A DNA stretch of 64,000 nucleotides, from the NCBI GenBank assembly GCA_964449285.1, contig CAYUZX010000004.1, positions 1,070-65,069 on the forward strand. The letters run 5' to 3'. The notes under the pieces were generated by a model. That model ran no database searches. It worked only from the letters and a program-made list of their open reading frames with translations, and was not told where the DNA came from. Below, piece by piece: positions 26,059 through 36,730 of the stretch. Each line of letters opens with the position of its first letter. Position 1 is the stretch's first letter. This stretch comes from an uncultured Prolixibacteraceae bacterium (GTDB lineage: Bacteria > Bacteroidota > Bacteroidia > Bacteroidales > FEN-979). The translations under genes were made by a program, and so were the position numbers.

Positions 26059-26992
26059 TTCTTATGGGCTGTGTAGCAGGTACAAGTCCTGAATGCAAGA
26101 TGATAAGTTGCCCCTTTTCTCCGGCGACGAAAGCTGAAAGCCCGTAAGCCAGTCCGGCGTAAGTTTGGCGGTTTATACAATAGACTTCACGTATAAACGG
26201 GTAAAGCCCCTGTGCAATGTAAGCCTGATAGGGTTGGTAATAGTTGGCAGAAGGATCATTGTCTCCCGGGGAGCTGATGCCAACCACATTGATCCGGTTG
26301 AGAAAGTCGTTTGAAACCGAATCCCTTTTATCACTTATCCAGTTTACACTAATCACTCCCAATGCACTCTTATTCTTCTCCACGTAGTTGATAACCTCGC
26401 TGTTGGATTGCACGGCATAACAATTTGCCGGGAGAGAGTCGAGGTCAAACTTTTCCTTGAAATATCTTGGGTTTCCCGATTTGTAGTGGTCGAAGACAAC
26501 GCTGATATCTCCAAGTTGCGAGGATGGATTGATCTTATTCCATCGGTTGATTTTGCCTGAAAAAATATCCCTGATCCGATCGTAGGGAATCTTCAAATCG
26601 GGATTGTCTCTGTTCACAATCAGTGCAACAGCATCATATGCTATACGGGTTGTTTTGGGGACGATCTGCTGGGAGGTCAGAATCTCATTCTCCCGATCAG
26701 TCAGCTTCCGGTTCACTACAATCAGGGGAACACTATCGTTCATGAAGCTCTCAAAAACTTCCCCCTCTGTACCGTAAATGGTGTCAATCTTTGAATACTT
26801 GTAGATGGATTCGAAGGTATATATCTCTGAATCCATAAACAACCTATACGAGTCATCAATAGCTACTTTCATGTTTCCCCGCGTGGGAGTGTCCCGTTGT
26901 GTCAAGGGATCTCCTCCACAGCCCGCCAGGAAGAAAACGAAAACGCTTCCCGTTAAGAAGAGCATTTTCAATCTGATAATAGAACTTTTCAT
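26039..26992 (-). CDS. PstS-family phosphate-binding-like periplasmic lipoprotein
   Basis: 317 aa; lipobox FFLAGCGG; type-2 periplasmic-binding fold pattern. This PstS-like/TPR/ExbB/ExbD/TonB arrangement is, as I recall, a recurrent Bacteroidota cluster. Confidence 0.7.
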   Translation of the reverse strand: MKSSIIRLKMLFLTGSVFVFFLAGCGGDPLTQRDTPTRGNMKVAIDDSYRLFMDSEIYTFESIYKYSKIDTIYGTEGEVFESFMNDSVPLIVVNRKLTDRENEILTSQQIVPKTTRIAYDAVALIVNRDNPDLKIPYDRIRDIFSGKINRWNKINPSSQLGDISVVFDHYKSGNPRYFKEKFDLDSLPANCYAVQSNSEVINYVEKNKSALGVISVNWISDKRDSVSNDFLNRINVVGISSPGDNDPSANYYQPYQAYIAQGLYPFIREVYCINRQTYAGLAYGLSAFVAGEKGQLIILHSGLVPATQPIRIVEIKH

Positions 26993-27036
26993 ATGGCCAA
27001 TGTTGCTTAAAGCCCGGCATTCTTAATTAAGGAGGA

Positions 27037-27044
27037 CAAAGGTA
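27037..27044 (-). promoter_or_regulatory. -7 box TACCTTTG upstream of the PstS-like gene
   Basis: Matches TAnnTTTG on the minus strand, 45 nt upstream of the start at 26992. Confidence 0.35.
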
Positions 27045-27058
27045 CTAATTTTCTTGTA

Positions 27059-27262
27059 TTATTCATTTTCATTATCCCGTCTTTTGCGCTTAGTTAACAC
27101 CCGAAGGATCCGAAAGGCGCCATAGAGGTATAGAAACACGGAAAAAATTACGCGAATCTCGATGCTAAGGTAAGAAAATGAGGGACTTACAAGTAAGTAT
27201 GTGGCCAGAATAAAGAATCCAAGTGCAATCAGTATAGAGAAATAGAGGTTAAACTTTTCCAT
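27059..27262 (-). CDS. Small two-TM membrane protein, unknown function
   Basis: 67 aa; two hydrophobic helices and a basic tail KRKRRDNENE. Confidence 0.5.
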   Translation of the reverse strand: MEKFNLYFSILIALGFFILATYLLVSPSFSYLSIEIRVIFSVFLYLYGAFRILRVLTKRKRRDNENE

Positions 27263-27268
27263 GCAAGA

Positions 27269-27595
27269 TTAACTCAAAACCTGCCAGTAAGGTATCTCAG
27301 TATCAGCTTTTTTTTGTTCCCAGTAGGCGGCGGTTACTACTTCGCCATCTCTCCTGAAAAGCTTTTGCTGGTAAACAACAATGGTTGCATTGAAGAGGAT
27401 ATCTGTTACTCCAATAATAAACGTATCGAGAACATTCCCCTCCTTATCCTTTTCCTGCTCACTTTTTACTTCCAGCCCATTATACGAGAGGAGGTCTGCA
27501 AGAAAGTCCAATCGCTCCTTGCCGATACCGTTCTCTACCACTGTACACCTAACGCCATCGATCTCTGATATATTATGTTTTCCTTTTAATGCCAT
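27269..27595 (-). CDS. Hypothetical protein
   Basis: I trimmed the ORF-track ORF 27269-27685 to the internal ATG at 27595 (MALKGKHNISEIDG...). The longer form overlaps the 3' end of nuoN. Confidence 0.5.
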   Translation of the reverse strand: MALKGKHNISEIDGVRCTVVENGIGKERLDFLADLLSYNGLEVKSEQEKDKEGNVLDTFIIGVTDILFNATIVVYQQKLFRRDGEVVTAAYWEQKKADTEIPYWQVLS

Positions 27596-27617
27596 TGTAA
27601 GAGGTGTTTTCCGGCTC

Positions 27618-29033
27618 CTAATAGATGCCGAAGGTGAACTGATTGATGAATTCATAAACAGGGCTGTAAAGGCCAATGATGACAAGGCCGGCTATGCAGA
27701 TCGCTAAACCAAGGCGGGAATAACTATCGCTTTTAAAATAGGCGATCGGCCGGTCGCTCCGGTTCAGAAACATCGCTTTAACCACCAACAGATAGTAATA
27801 CAGCGAAATAATCGTGTTTAATACGGCGATCAAAACCAGGATGTAAAGCCCTTGTTGCGCAGCGGCGGCGAATAGAAAGAATTTTCCAAAGAAGCCAGCC
27901 ACAGGAGGGATGCCAGCCAGCGAAAAAAGCGCCAGCATCATGGTTAGGCTCAGCTTGGGATTGGTCCTGTAGAGTCCGTCATAATCATCGATGGTCTCTT
28001 TCCCGGTGCGGTTGGAAATTATGGATACTACGCCGAAAGCTCCAAGGTTCGAAAAGATATAGACCAGTACAAAGTAAATTACCGTGGTCATCCCAAGCTG
28101 GCTCTGCCCTATAATCCCAAGGAAGATAAACCCAGCCTGAGCAATGGAGGAGAATGCCAGGAATCGTTTGAGGTTGCGCTGGCGCATGGCAAAGAGATTA
28201 CCGATGGTCATAGTAAGGATAGAAGTAATATAAATCACATCCTTCCACATGATGGTGATTTTAGAGAAGACGGTATATAATAATATGGTGAAAACCATGA
28301 CAGCTGCACCTTTTGAGATTACCGAAAGGTATGAAGTGATGTTAATGGGTGCCCCTTCATAAACATCGGCAGTCCAAAGATGAAATGGAACGATGGAGAT
28401 TTTAAAAGCCATCCCGGCAAAGAAGAAGATGAATGCCAGGATCTGAAGTGGAGCGCCGTTCATGCCGTTCAACACTTCATCAAAATAGAGTGTGCCCACC
28501 GTACCATAGATCATGGAAAGGCCGTAAAGAAGAATCCCTGATGAGAGGGCAGAAGTGAAGATCAGCTTTACCCCTGCTTCAGCCGATTTCTCCTTTAACC
28601 GTTCAAAAGCTGCCAGTGCAGCGAGAGGGATTGTGGCAAGTTCCAGCCCGATGTAGAACATCAGGAAATCACCCGAAGAGAGCATGTACTCCATCCCGAT
28701 CAGGGTAGATAGCAGTAAAATGAAATATTCACTGATTTTTTCCCGGTTCTCCTCCTTTTTCAACCAATCCACCGACTGCAGGAAAACGATAAACACCCCA
28801 ATGGTCAGGATGTTTTTCATCAACAGGGTCAGGGGTGTAGTGATATACATTCCGCCAAAAAGGCTTCCGGTTGGCCCGGGGATGAATCCCATGATCATCA
28901 CTGCACCAAAAAGGATGAGGGCGGGCAGAATGATCTTCTGCTTCCGATTGGCCGGCAAGAATATCTCAATCACCAATAGAATCACTGTGATCAGCACCAG
29001 CAGCAATTCATGTCTCATGATCAGCATCAGCAT
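27618..29033 (-). CDS. nuoN: NADH-quinone oxidoreductase subunit N
   Basis: 471 aa antiporter-like polytopic protein; last gene of the nuo operon. Confidence 0.9.
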   Translation of the reverse strand: MLMLIMRHELLLVLITVILLVIEIFLPANRKQKIILPALILFGAVMIMGFIPGPTGSLFGGMYITTPLTLLMKNILTIGVFIVFLQSVDWLKKEENREKISEYFILLLSTLIGMEYMLSSGDFLMFYIGLELATIPLAALAAFERLKEKSAEAGVKLIFTSALSSGILLYGLSMIYGTVGTLYFDEVLNGMNGAPLQILAFIFFFAGMAFKISIVPFHLWTADVYEGAPINITSYLSVISKGAAVMVFTILLYTVFSKITIMWKDVIYITSILTMTIGNLFAMRQRNLKRFLAFSSIAQAGFIFLGIIGQSQLGMTTVIYFVLVYIFSNLGAFGVVSIISNRTGKETIDDYDGLYRTNPKLSLTMMLALFSLAGIPPVAGFFGKFFLFAAAAQQGLYILVLIAVLNTIISLYYYLLVVKAMFLNRSDRPIAYFKSDSYSRLGLAICIAGLVIIGLYSPVYEFINQFTFGIY

Positions 29034-29079
29034 GTCGTCTGAATTTTATATAGTCTTCTACTCTTATTTTCTTAGTCGT

Positions 29080-30582
29080 TTAATTCATGGCCAAAAACAG
29101 CTTCTGGATAATGGGTCCCAGGCCGCCGTTGATCATCGTTGCCAGCCATAATGGTGCAATACCGATGGCCGTAATCCCAAAAATCAGGGTTCCGGTACTC
29201 AATCGTTCATACCATTTGGCATCCGTAATCAATTCATATTCCGGATTCGTAATTTTTCCATAAAGCATCATACCCACAACTCTCAGGATATATACAGCCG
29301 TAGCTACAATGGATGAGGCAGCAATGATGGTAGCTACCCTGTGGAATGTATCGGAATGCTGAAACGCACCAACAAAGATGGTCATCTCTGCTACGAAACC
29401 ACTAAATCCCGGAAGGCCGAGAGAGGCCAAACCGGCAATGACATACGCCACAGCCAGGAAAGGCATCACTTTCATCAGTCCGCTCATCTCGTTGATATAC
29501 CGGGTATGGGTTCGTCCGTATATCATCCCGATTAAGGCAAAGAAGAGGGCTGTCATAATCCCGTGGGAGATCATCTGCATGATGGCTCCATTCATTGCGG
29601 TCTCATTGAACATCAGGATAGCGAAGAGAACAAGTGCGCAATGACTCACTGAGGAGTAAGCATTGATATATTTCAGGTCTTTCTGCCAGACAGCTCCAAG
29701 CGCCCCGTAAATGACGCCAATGGTGGTCAGGATCAGAAATATCCAGGCCAACTCGTGGGCGGCTGCCGGGAGGAGAAAAACCGCTACGCGATAGCATCCA
29801 TATCCTCCAAGTTTCATCAACACACCGGCATGCAGCATAGATACTGCTGTTGGCGCCGAGGCATGACCGTCGGGCGACCATGTGTGGAATGGAAAGAGTG
29901 CACCCAGAACCCCGAACCCTACAAAGAGGAAGGGGAAGAAGAAGATCTGTGTATTCAAAGGGATCTGAACCTTGGCAATCTCCAGAATATCAAATGTTAG
30001 TGGTCCGCCGGCTGGATTGGAATTAAAATAGAGCCCCAACAACCCGACCAGAATCAGAGCAGAACCTCCCATCAGCATCAGCGTCAGTTTCATTGCACTG
30101 TACTGTCGCGGGCCGCTTCCCCAAATGCCGATCAGCAGGTACATCGGAATTACCGCGATCTCGTAAAAGAGAAACATGGTAAAAAGGTCGAGGGAGATGA
30201 AAAAGCCAAATACTCCTCCTGATAAAAGGATTAACGAAGTGAAAAACTCCCGGGGAAGGTCCTCAACGTCCCATGAAGCAAAGATGCCGGCAAAGATTAC
30301 AATAGAGGTCAGGCCGAGCATAGCCACAGAAACCCCATCAACACCAATGTAAAAGTGGATGTTGAGGGTTTCATACCAGACATAATTGCTGGTAAAGAGA
30401 ACTTCTGCCGTGTTTCCGGCATTCCGTTCGGCCAGGAACCATAGGATGATAATGGCTGAAGTGATCAGCTGGAATGTCATCCCAATAGCAGACACAACCC
30501 GTACCTGTTTATTGTCCCTTGTAAACAAAATCCCAATGATCGTCAGGATCGGAATAATGATCAGTAACAGTAGTATATTCAT
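29080..30582 (-). CDS. nuoM: NADH-quinone oxidoreductase subunit M
   Basis: 500 aa antiporter-like subunit; motif HTWSPDGHASAPTAVSMLHAGVLMKLGGYG. Confidence 0.93.
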   Translation of the reverse strand: MNILLLLIIIPILTIIGILFTRDNKQVRVVSAIGMTFQLITSAIIILWFLAERNAGNTAEVLFTSNYVWYETLNIHFYIGVDGVSVAMLGLTSIVIFAGIFASWDVEDLPREFFTSLILLSGGVFGFFISLDLFTMFLFYEIAVIPMYLLIGIWGSGPRQYSAMKLTLMLMGGSALILVGLLGLYFNSNPAGGPLTFDILEIAKVQIPLNTQIFFFPFLFVGFGVLGALFPFHTWSPDGHASAPTAVSMLHAGVLMKLGGYGCYRVAVFLLPAAAHELAWIFLILTTIGVIYGALGAVWQKDLKYINAYSSVSHCALVLFAILMFNETAMNGAIMQMISHGIMTALFFALIGMIYGRTHTRYINEMSGLMKVMPFLAVAYVIAGLASLGLPGFSGFVAEMTIFVGAFQHSDTFHRVATIIAASSIVATAVYILRVVGMMLYGKITNPEYELITDAKWYERLSTGTLIFGITAIGIAPLWLATMINGGLGPIIQKLFLAMN

Positions 30583-30596
30583 TCGTCAGCTGTTTA

Positions 30597-32513
30597 TTAG
30601 GTCCATAAATAGATGAATACCAGGGCAAGGAGTACCACTCCGGAGACAAACACCATCGCGTACTGCTGCAGTTGTCCGGATTGGAATCCTTTGATCTTAT
30701 CAGATGCCTGGTTAGTAACAAACGAGATCCCGTTCATAGATCCGTCAACGATGTGACGGTCGAACCATGCAATCGGTCTGGATATATTGTTGAAGATGAT
30801 CTTATGTGTTATGAACAGGTATAGCTCATCGATGTAAAATTTATGATATGCTGCCGTGTAAAATCCACGCAGGGAATGAGCAATCTTCGTCGGAATCTCG
30901 GTTGGCTTGAGATACATTACATAAGCTACGCCAATACCGACTATCGCGATCACAATAGAGGGGATTGCGATGATCCATTCGGTATGGATATCAAACAGAG
31001 CCCTGTCGGAAGTCACCAAGTGTGAGAATGGAATAAATCCAGCGAACATGGCTCCGAGAGCAAGGAACATTAGCGGGATTGTCATGGACCATGGCGCTTC
31101 ATGAGGAGTATGGTGGTAATCCTGCTTCTTTCCCCAGAAGATGCCGAAATAGAGCCTGAACATATAGAATGCGGTAAGGCCAGCTACGATATACTCAATA
31201 GCGAAGAGAGCAGTATCGTGATGGTATGCTGCTACCAGGATCTCATCCTTGCTGAAGAATCCTGCAAACGGTGGAATACCGGATATAGCAAGACATGCAG
31301 TCAGAAAGGTGATGTGCGTAATTGGCAGGAATTTCCGGAGTCCGCCCATTTCATGCAGATAGTTACTATGCACGGCATGAATAATAGCTCCGGCACAAAG
31401 GAAGAGCAAGGCTTTGAAAAAGGCGTGTGTAAAGAGGTGGAACATGGAAGCCATATATCCAAGACCCTCATGGCCGCCCATTCCTGATACTCCCAGCGCG
31501 CACATCATGTATCCGATCTGCGACATCGTGGAGTAAGCAAGTACCCGTTTGATATCGTGTTGGGTACAGGCAATAATGGCAGCAAACAGGGAGGAGAATG
31601 CACCCACCCAGGCTACAACCTGCAAGGCAATTGGTACTGTTATATAAATTGGGAACATCCTGGCAACCAGGTACACACCGGCAACAACCATGGTGGCGGC
31701 ATGGATCAGCGCTGACACTGGGGTTGGCCCCTCCATGGCATCCGGTAGCCAGATATGGAGTGGGAACATGGCTGATTTTCCAGCGCCGCCCATGAAGATC
31801 AGAATCATTGCCCATGTCAGTACCGACATACCAATAAATGTAGCAGCCGGCGGTGTGCCGATAGCCGGTCCCGTTGGGCTGGTCAGCGTCAGAAAGTCAA
31901 ATGTTCCTGTATAGTAGGAGAGCAGCAAAATCCCGACCAGGAATCCAAGGTCGGCAAAACGGGTAACGATAAATGCTTTTTTGGATGCGGCCACTGCCGA
32001 AGGTCTCTCGTAATAAAATCCAATCAATAGGTAAGATGAAACACCAACAAGTTCCCAGAAGATATACATCTGGAAAATGTTTGTGGCAACCACCAGTCCC
32101 AGCATGGCAAAAGTAAACAGGGAGAGGAAGGAATAGAAACGCATAAAGCCCTTTTGGCCTTTCAGATACCCGGTAGAGTAGATATGAGCCATCAGGGATA
32201 CGGTGGTGACAACAATCAGCATCATTACCGAGATTGGATCAATCAACACGCCCATGTCGATATGCAGCGTGTCAGAAAACCTTAACCACAAAGTATTATA
32301 CCCTATGATCTGCTGGTATACATCATCCACCTTCCCAACAACAAAGAAATATTTGTATGCGGTAAAAATGGAAAGAACCCAGGAGGTTAAAAGACCAGCT
32401 GACCCCACAATCCCGGAGACAATGGGCTTGAACTTATTACCCCAGAAACCGATGAGGATGAAGAGAAAAAACGGTATCAGGAGGATCCAGATGGTGTAAG
32501 AGAAGTCAAACAT
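30597..32513 (-). CDS. nuoL: NADH-quinone oxidoreductase subunit L
   Basis: 638 aa; motif HIWLPDAMEGPTPVSALIHAATMVVAGVYL and a long C-terminal lateral-helix region. Confidence 0.95.
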   Translation of the reverse strand: MFDFSYTIWILLIPFFLFILIGFWGNKFKPIVSGIVGSAGLLTSWVLSIFTAYKYFFVVGKVDDVYQQIIGYNTLWLRFSDTLHIDMGVLIDPISVMMLIVVTTVSLMAHIYSTGYLKGQKGFMRFYSFLSLFTFAMLGLVVATNIFQMYIFWELVGVSSYLLIGFYYERPSAVAASKKAFIVTRFADLGFLVGILLLSYYTGTFDFLTLTSPTGPAIGTPPAATFIGMSVLTWAMILIFMGGAGKSAMFPLHIWLPDAMEGPTPVSALIHAATMVVAGVYLVARMFPIYITVPIALQVVAWVGAFSSLFAAIIACTQHDIKRVLAYSTMSQIGYMMCALGVSGMGGHEGLGYMASMFHLFTHAFFKALLFLCAGAIIHAVHSNYLHEMGGLRKFLPITHITFLTACLAISGIPPFAGFFSKDEILVAAYHHDTALFAIEYIVAGLTAFYMFRLYFGIFWGKKQDYHHTPHEAPWSMTIPLMFLALGAMFAGFIPFSHLVTSDRALFDIHTEWIIAIPSIVIAIVGIGVAYVMYLKPTEIPTKIAHSLRGFYTAAYHKFYIDELYLFITHKIIFNNISRPIAWFDRHIVDGSMNGISFVTNQASDKIKGFQSGQLQQYAMVFVSGVVLLALVFIYLWT

Positions 32514-32522
32514 ACCTTATAT

Positions 32523-32557
32523 CAATTACGAATTATGAATTACGAATTACGAATTAT
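32523..32557. repeat. Heptamer tandem array GAATTAC x5
   Basis: caattac gaattat gaattac gaattac gaattat, in the nuoK-nuoL spacer. Confidence 0.95.
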
Positions 32558-32560
32558 ATA

Positions 32561-32590
32561 CGTCTTACGTCTCACGTCTTACGTCTTACA
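32561..32590. repeat. Heptamer tandem array CGTCTTA/CGTCTCA x4.3
   Basis: cgtctta cgtctca cgtctta cgtctta ca; abuts the nuoK stop codon at 32591. Confidence 0.95.
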
Positions 32591-32908
32591 TTAGTACTTC
32601 ATCTCATTCATCTTCTCTACATCGATGTTGGTAATACGTCGGTAGATATTGATGATGATGGCTATCGCCACGGAAGCTTCGGCAGCTGCCACGGCAATGA
32701 TGAAGATGGTGAAAAACATCCCTTCCATGTGGTCCGGATAAAGGATCTTGTTGAACGCCACGAAGTTGATACAGACTGAATTGAGGATCAACTCGATCGA
32801 CATGAGCATGGTAATCAGATTTTTTCTCACCAGAAATCCGTATACCCCCACGAAAAACATGGTGGTGCTCAGGACTAAAAACCAGGATAATGGAACTCCT
32901 TCAAACAT
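32591..32908 (-). CDS. nuoK: NADH-quinone oxidoreductase subunit K
   Basis: 105 aa; 3 TM; motif AVAAAEASVAIAIII. Confidence 0.93.
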   Translation of the reverse strand: MFEGVPLSWFLVLSTTMFFVGVYGFLVRKNLITMLMSIELILNSVCINFVAFNKILYPDHMEGMFFTIFIIAVAAAEASVAIAIIINIYRRITNIDVEKMNEMKY

Positions 32909-32926
32909 ATGATCGTTCTTTAGCTG

Positions 32927-33436
32927 TTAATCTTTACGTTTTTTAGCCAGTACAATGGCGCCAATCATCGCTGCAAGCAGCAGCACACTGATCACCTCAA
33001 AGGGCAATGCATACCCATACCTTCCATAATTGATCAGGCTGTTCCCCACATCTGTCACGTTCACCAGTTCGGTATTCCCGACAGATCCCGGGAAATTATA
33101 CTGCAGAATTACAGTGATACAGAGAGCGGCCCCAACCAACGCTACCAGGGCTGCAGGCCATTTTTTCAGGAGTCCGGCTGTAGGTAGTTTTTCAGCAATA
33201 TGGCTGGTAAGCAATATCGAGAAGATAATCAGCACAACAATCCCGCCTGCATAGACAATCAGCTGGATGGCTGCAAGAAAATTGTATTTCAGCAGAAAAT
33301 AGAGGCCGGCAGTGGAGACCAGTACGAACAGTAGAAATGTAGCTGCCCGCAGGATCCGCCTGCTGGTCACTGTGAGGATGGAGAAAATCACAATGACCGC
33401 CGAAAAGAGTAGAAACATGAATTGATTGCTCGTCAT
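32927..33436 (-). CDS. nuoJ: NADH-quinone oxidoreductase subunit J
   Basis: 169 aa polytopic protein in the conserved operon position. Confidence 0.88.
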   Translation of the reverse strand: MTSNQFMFLLFSAVIVIFSILTVTSRRILRAATFLLFVLVSTAGLYFLLKYNFLAAIQLIVYAGGIVVLIIFSILLTSHIAEKLPTAGLLKKWPAALVALVGAALCITVILQYNFPGSVGNTELVNVTDVGNSLINYGRYGYALPFEVISVLLLAAMIGAIVLAKKRKD

Positions 33437-33915
33437 TATTCTATATCTTTAATAATGGATGATCCGGGTTTATTCAAAATTTTCGTCAGTTTGGAGCGAT
33501 CGAACACGGCATGCTCAAAGGTCTGGTCCCACGCCAGAGCATTGGAAGGGCAGGTCTTGACACAGAGGCCGCAAAAGGTGCACATCGAGAGGTGGTAGAT
33601 GTGCTTATCGATGATGCGTTTCTTTTTGCCGTCGGGTAGTTCGATCCGGTTGGAGATCACCTCAATGGAGCCATTCGGACAGTTGGTTTCACATATGCCG
33701 CAGCCTGTGCAACGATGCTGGTTGTTTGCGTCGTGAGGCATGATCAGGTCTCCCTTGAAACGGTCAAACATTTTCAGTGTCTTCCGGTTTTCAGGATATT
33801 GCTGCGTGACAATTTGCCCGGGACTGAAAAAGTATCTTCCGGTCACCGACATGCCGATGAGCAGGGATTTGATTCCCCGGAAGATATCTGCAAAGTATGT
33901 ATAGATACTGTTCAT
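33436..33915 (-). CDS. nuoI: NADH-quinone oxidoreductase subunit I
   Basis: 159 aa; two 4Fe-4S motifs, CTGCGICETNCP and CTFCGLCVKTCP. Confidence 0.93.
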   Translation of the reverse strand: MNSIYTYFADIFRGIKSLLIGMSVTGRYFFSPGQIVTQQYPENRKTLKMFDRFKGDLIMPHDANNQHRCTGCGICETNCPNGSIEVISNRIELPDGKKKRIIDKHIYHLSMCTFCGLCVKTCPSNALAWDQTFEHAVFDRSKLTKILNKPGSSIIKDIE

Positions 33916-33919
33916 AATC

Positions 33920-35008
33920 TTAGAAATGCCAACCCATTAATACGATAAAAGCCATGATGAGGATATTGACCAGGTTGATCGGGAGGAGGTATTTCCACTC
34001 CAGATTCAGGAGCTGATCGATCCGTAACCGGGGAAATGTCCATTTGAACAACATCATCAGCCAGATAATGAAGGCCGTTTTGCCAATGTACCAGATTAGC
34101 GGGGGAATAAAGTCCATCACATGGTTGAATCCTTCCCATCCGAACATGTGGAAGGGCATCCATCCGCCGAGGAAAACTGTTGCTGCAATTGAAGCCACGA
34201 TGAACATGTTCATATACTCGGCCAAAAAGAAGAAGGCAAACTTAATCCCCGAATATTCGGTGTGGAAGCCGGCAGTAAGTTCAGATTCGGCTTCCGCCAG
34301 GTCAAAAGGACCGCGGTTTGTTTCAGCTGTACTGGCAATCAGAAAAATAATAAATGCAATGACCGCCGGGATATGACCTTTAAAGATAAACCATCCGGTC
34401 GACTGCATCTCAACAACCTGGGAGAACTGCATGGTTCCTGCCAGGACAATGATGGTAAGCAGTGAGAGCCCTACCGAAAGTTCGTAGCTGATAATCTGGG
34501 CTCCGCTACGCATCGCTCCGATGAGTGAATACTTGTTGTTGCTAGACCATCCGGCCAGCAATACCCCAACCACTCCCAGGGAGGAGACCGCAACAACATA
34601 CATGATCCCGATATCAAAGTCGATAGCCTGCAACCCCTTGGCAAACGGAATGGCGGCAATAGCCATGAAGGAGGCGATGATCACGATGAACGGGGCAATG
34701 TTGAAGAGGAGCTTGTCAGAATCTTTGATGTAAACCAACTCTTTCATCAACAGTTTGATGAAGTCGGCGATGGTCTGAAAAATCCCATACGGACCCACCC
34801 GGTTAGGGCCAACCCGGTTCTGCATGAATGCACAAACCTTTCGTTCCGCATACACCAGAAGCAGGCCAACGATTGCATAGGCGAGCAGGAAAACCAGTCC
34901 GATGATGGTCATTTCCACAATAAGCGCCCAAACAGGTGGCAACCACTCATAGAGTAATTGGTCGATCGACTGGGTGAATGACGTGAAGTCGTAAATGTTG
35001 AAAGCCAT
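33920..35008 (-). CDS. nuoH: NADH-quinone oxidoreductase subunit H
   Basis: 362 aa; motifs [18 protein letters not shown] and [14 protein letters not shown]. Confidence 0.95.
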   Translation of the reverse strand: MAFNIYDFTSFTQSIDQLLYEWLPPVWALIVEMTIIGLVFLLAYAIVGLLLVYAERKVCAFMQNRVGPNRVGPYGIFQTIADFIKLLMKELVYIKDSDKLLFNIAPFIVIIASFMAIAAIPFAKGLQAIDFDIGIMYVVAVSSLGVVGVLLAGWSSNNKYSLIGAMRSGAQIISYELSVGLSLLTIIVLAGTMQFSQVVEMQSTGWFIFKGHIPAVIAFIIFLIASTAETNRGPFDLAEAESELTAGFHTEYSGIKFAFFFLAEYMNMFIVASIAATVFLGGWMPFHMFGWEGFNHVMDFIPPLIWYIGKTAFIIWLMMLFKWTFPRLRIDQLLNLEWKYLLPINLVNILIMAFIVLMGWHF

Positions 35009-35019
35009 GTTGAATGGTA

Positions 35020-36147
35020 TTATCTGTCAATATCCGGAATTACTAAGTCAAGGGAAGCGCCGATAGCAACAAGGTCGGCAATCTTCATCTCGCGGCTGAT
35101 CTTATCCAGCACGCCAAGGTTTACAAAACTCGGGGTACGGAATTTCATCCGCAGTGGAGTCTTATTCCCATCGGAGATGCAATAGATACCCAGCTCGCCG
35201 CGGGCCGATTCCACGCGCTGGTAGTACTCCCCGGCAGGTAGCTTGATGATTGGTTTCATTTTTGCAGTGTAATCTCCTTCAGGGATGTTGTCGATAAGCT
35301 GTTCGATGATCTTCATCGATTCCCGCATCTCGTCAAGTCTCACCATATACCGTGCATAAGTATCGCCTTCATTGCGAAGAACCTCCCTGAAATCCACCTT
35401 GTCGTACATGGCGTATGGATATTTCTTGCGGATGTCGCAAACCCACCCGGAGGCACGTCCCGACGGACCACTTACGCCATAGTTGATCGCTACCTCTTTC
35501 GACATCATGCCAATGCCTTTGCTCCTGTTCTCGAAAATGATGTTCCCGCTGAGGATTTTATCATAATCCTTGATCTTCTTGCGGAAATATTTGATAAAGT
35601 CTTTGGTTCGTTGCTGGAAATTGGGATGGATGTCCTGCATTAACCCTCCGGGAGTATAGTAACTATGTAGTAAACGGGAACCAAACGACTCTTCAAAGAT
35701 GTCGAGGATGTGTTCCCTATCACGAAGTCCGTAAAAGAAGCAGGTAAGTCCGCCCAGATCCATCCCGAAACTGCACCACCAAAGCTGGTGGGAGGCGATC
35801 CGGTTCAACTCATCCACAATCGTACGGATGTATTTGACACGTTCGGGAACTTCCACTTCCAATGCCCCTTCAACCAGCAAGCAAACAGCGTGGTTATTGA
35901 TGTGTGCAGAAAGGTAATCCATCCGGTCGGTGAGGTGGATAATCTGCTGGAAGGTATCCTTTTCGCACATCTTCTCAATACCGCGGTGGATGTATCCGCA
36001 ATGGGGCTGAACTTTCTTAACGGTTTCCCCCTGCAGGGTGACGACCAACCGGAGTACACCATGGGTAGAGGGGTGTTGAGGCCCCATATTAATATGGTAC
36101 TCCTCCTCCTCGATACTTTGTACTGGCAGGTTAATGATCTCTTTCAT
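35020..36147 (-). CDS. nuoD: NADH-quinone oxidoreductase subunit D
   Basis: 375 aa; motifs [15 protein letters not shown] and GYIHRGIEK. Confidence 0.95.
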   Translation of the reverse strand: MKEIINLPVQSIEEEEYHINMGPQHPSTHGVLRLVVTLQGETVKKVQPHCGYIHRGIEKMCEKDTFQQIIHLTDRMDYLSAHINNHAVCLLVEGALEVEVPERVKYIRTIVDELNRIASHQLWWCSFGMDLGGLTCFFYGLRDREHILDIFEESFGSRLLHSYYTPGGLMQDIHPNFQQRTKDFIKYFRKKIKDYDKILSGNIIFENRSKGIGMMSKEVAINYGVSGPSGRASGWVCDIRKKYPYAMYDKVDFREVLRNEGDTYARYMVRLDEMRESMKIIEQLIDNIPEGDYTAKMKPIIKLPAGEYYQRVESARGELGIYCISDGNKTPLRMKFRTPSFVNLGVLDKISREMKIADLVAIGASLDLVIPDIDR

Positions 36148-36149
36148 AC

Positions 36150-36608
36150 TTACAATTCTACGATGTTAACTTCGTCTGTGTAATCTTTCCGCATCGGATA
36201 TCCAACCCAATCCTCTTCCAGAAAAATCCGGCGCATATCAGGATGGCCCGTGAATCGTATCCCATAGAGATCCCATACCTCCCGCTCAAAAAACTCGGCA
36301 CTTTTCCACAAGTCTGCTACAGTGTCAAATTCTGGTGTTTCCCGGTTTTCGGTCTTGACTTTCAGCTCAACACTATGCTTGAGTGTTGTAGAGGTAAGGT
36401 GGTACACAACTCCAAGTTCCGTTCCCCAATCGACACCGCTCAGGCAGAAGAGGTAATCGAAATCCAGCTCTTTATCCTCTTTCAGATGGGTAGCCAGGAC
36501 TTTAAGGTTCCCGGCAGGAATCAGAAATGTGGGGAACTGCTTGTTCTCTTCCTGCTGGGCATCGGGAACAAGTTCCAGAATTTTTTCTTTTAGTTTTTCA
36601 GCATCCAT
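36150..36608 (-). CDS. nuoC: NADH-quinone oxidoreductase subunit C
   Basis: 152 aa; motif ERE(V)WDLYGIRFTGHPDMRRI. Confidence 0.93.
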   Translation of the reverse strand: MDAEKLKEKILELVPDAQQEENKQFPTFLIPAGNLKVLATHLKEDKELDFDYLFCLSGVDWGTELGVVYHLTSTTLKHSVELKVKTENRETPEFDTVADLWKSAEFFEREVWDLYGIRFTGHPDMRRIFLEEDWVGYPMRKDYTDEVNIVEL

Positions 36609-36667
36609 GAGAGTGCTTTGTTTTAAATGAACGACTTCGGCATGATAAAAAACGAGGTAGCGAGTTA

Positions 36668-36691
36668 GGAAAATAGCGAAATAGTGAAATT
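36668..36691. repeat. Octamer tandem array GNGAAATA x3
   Basis: ggaaaata gcgaaata gtgaaatt, in the nuoB-nuoC spacer. Confidence 0.8.
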
Positions 36692-36730
36692 TTTAGTTGA
36701 ACGTTTTTCTGCGAATTCATATCTTTTCTC

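Noticed and set aside
27596-27685. First 30 codons of the 138-aa ORF
   Set aside because: They overlap the 3' end of nuoN. The internal ATG at 27595 gives a non-overlapping gene.
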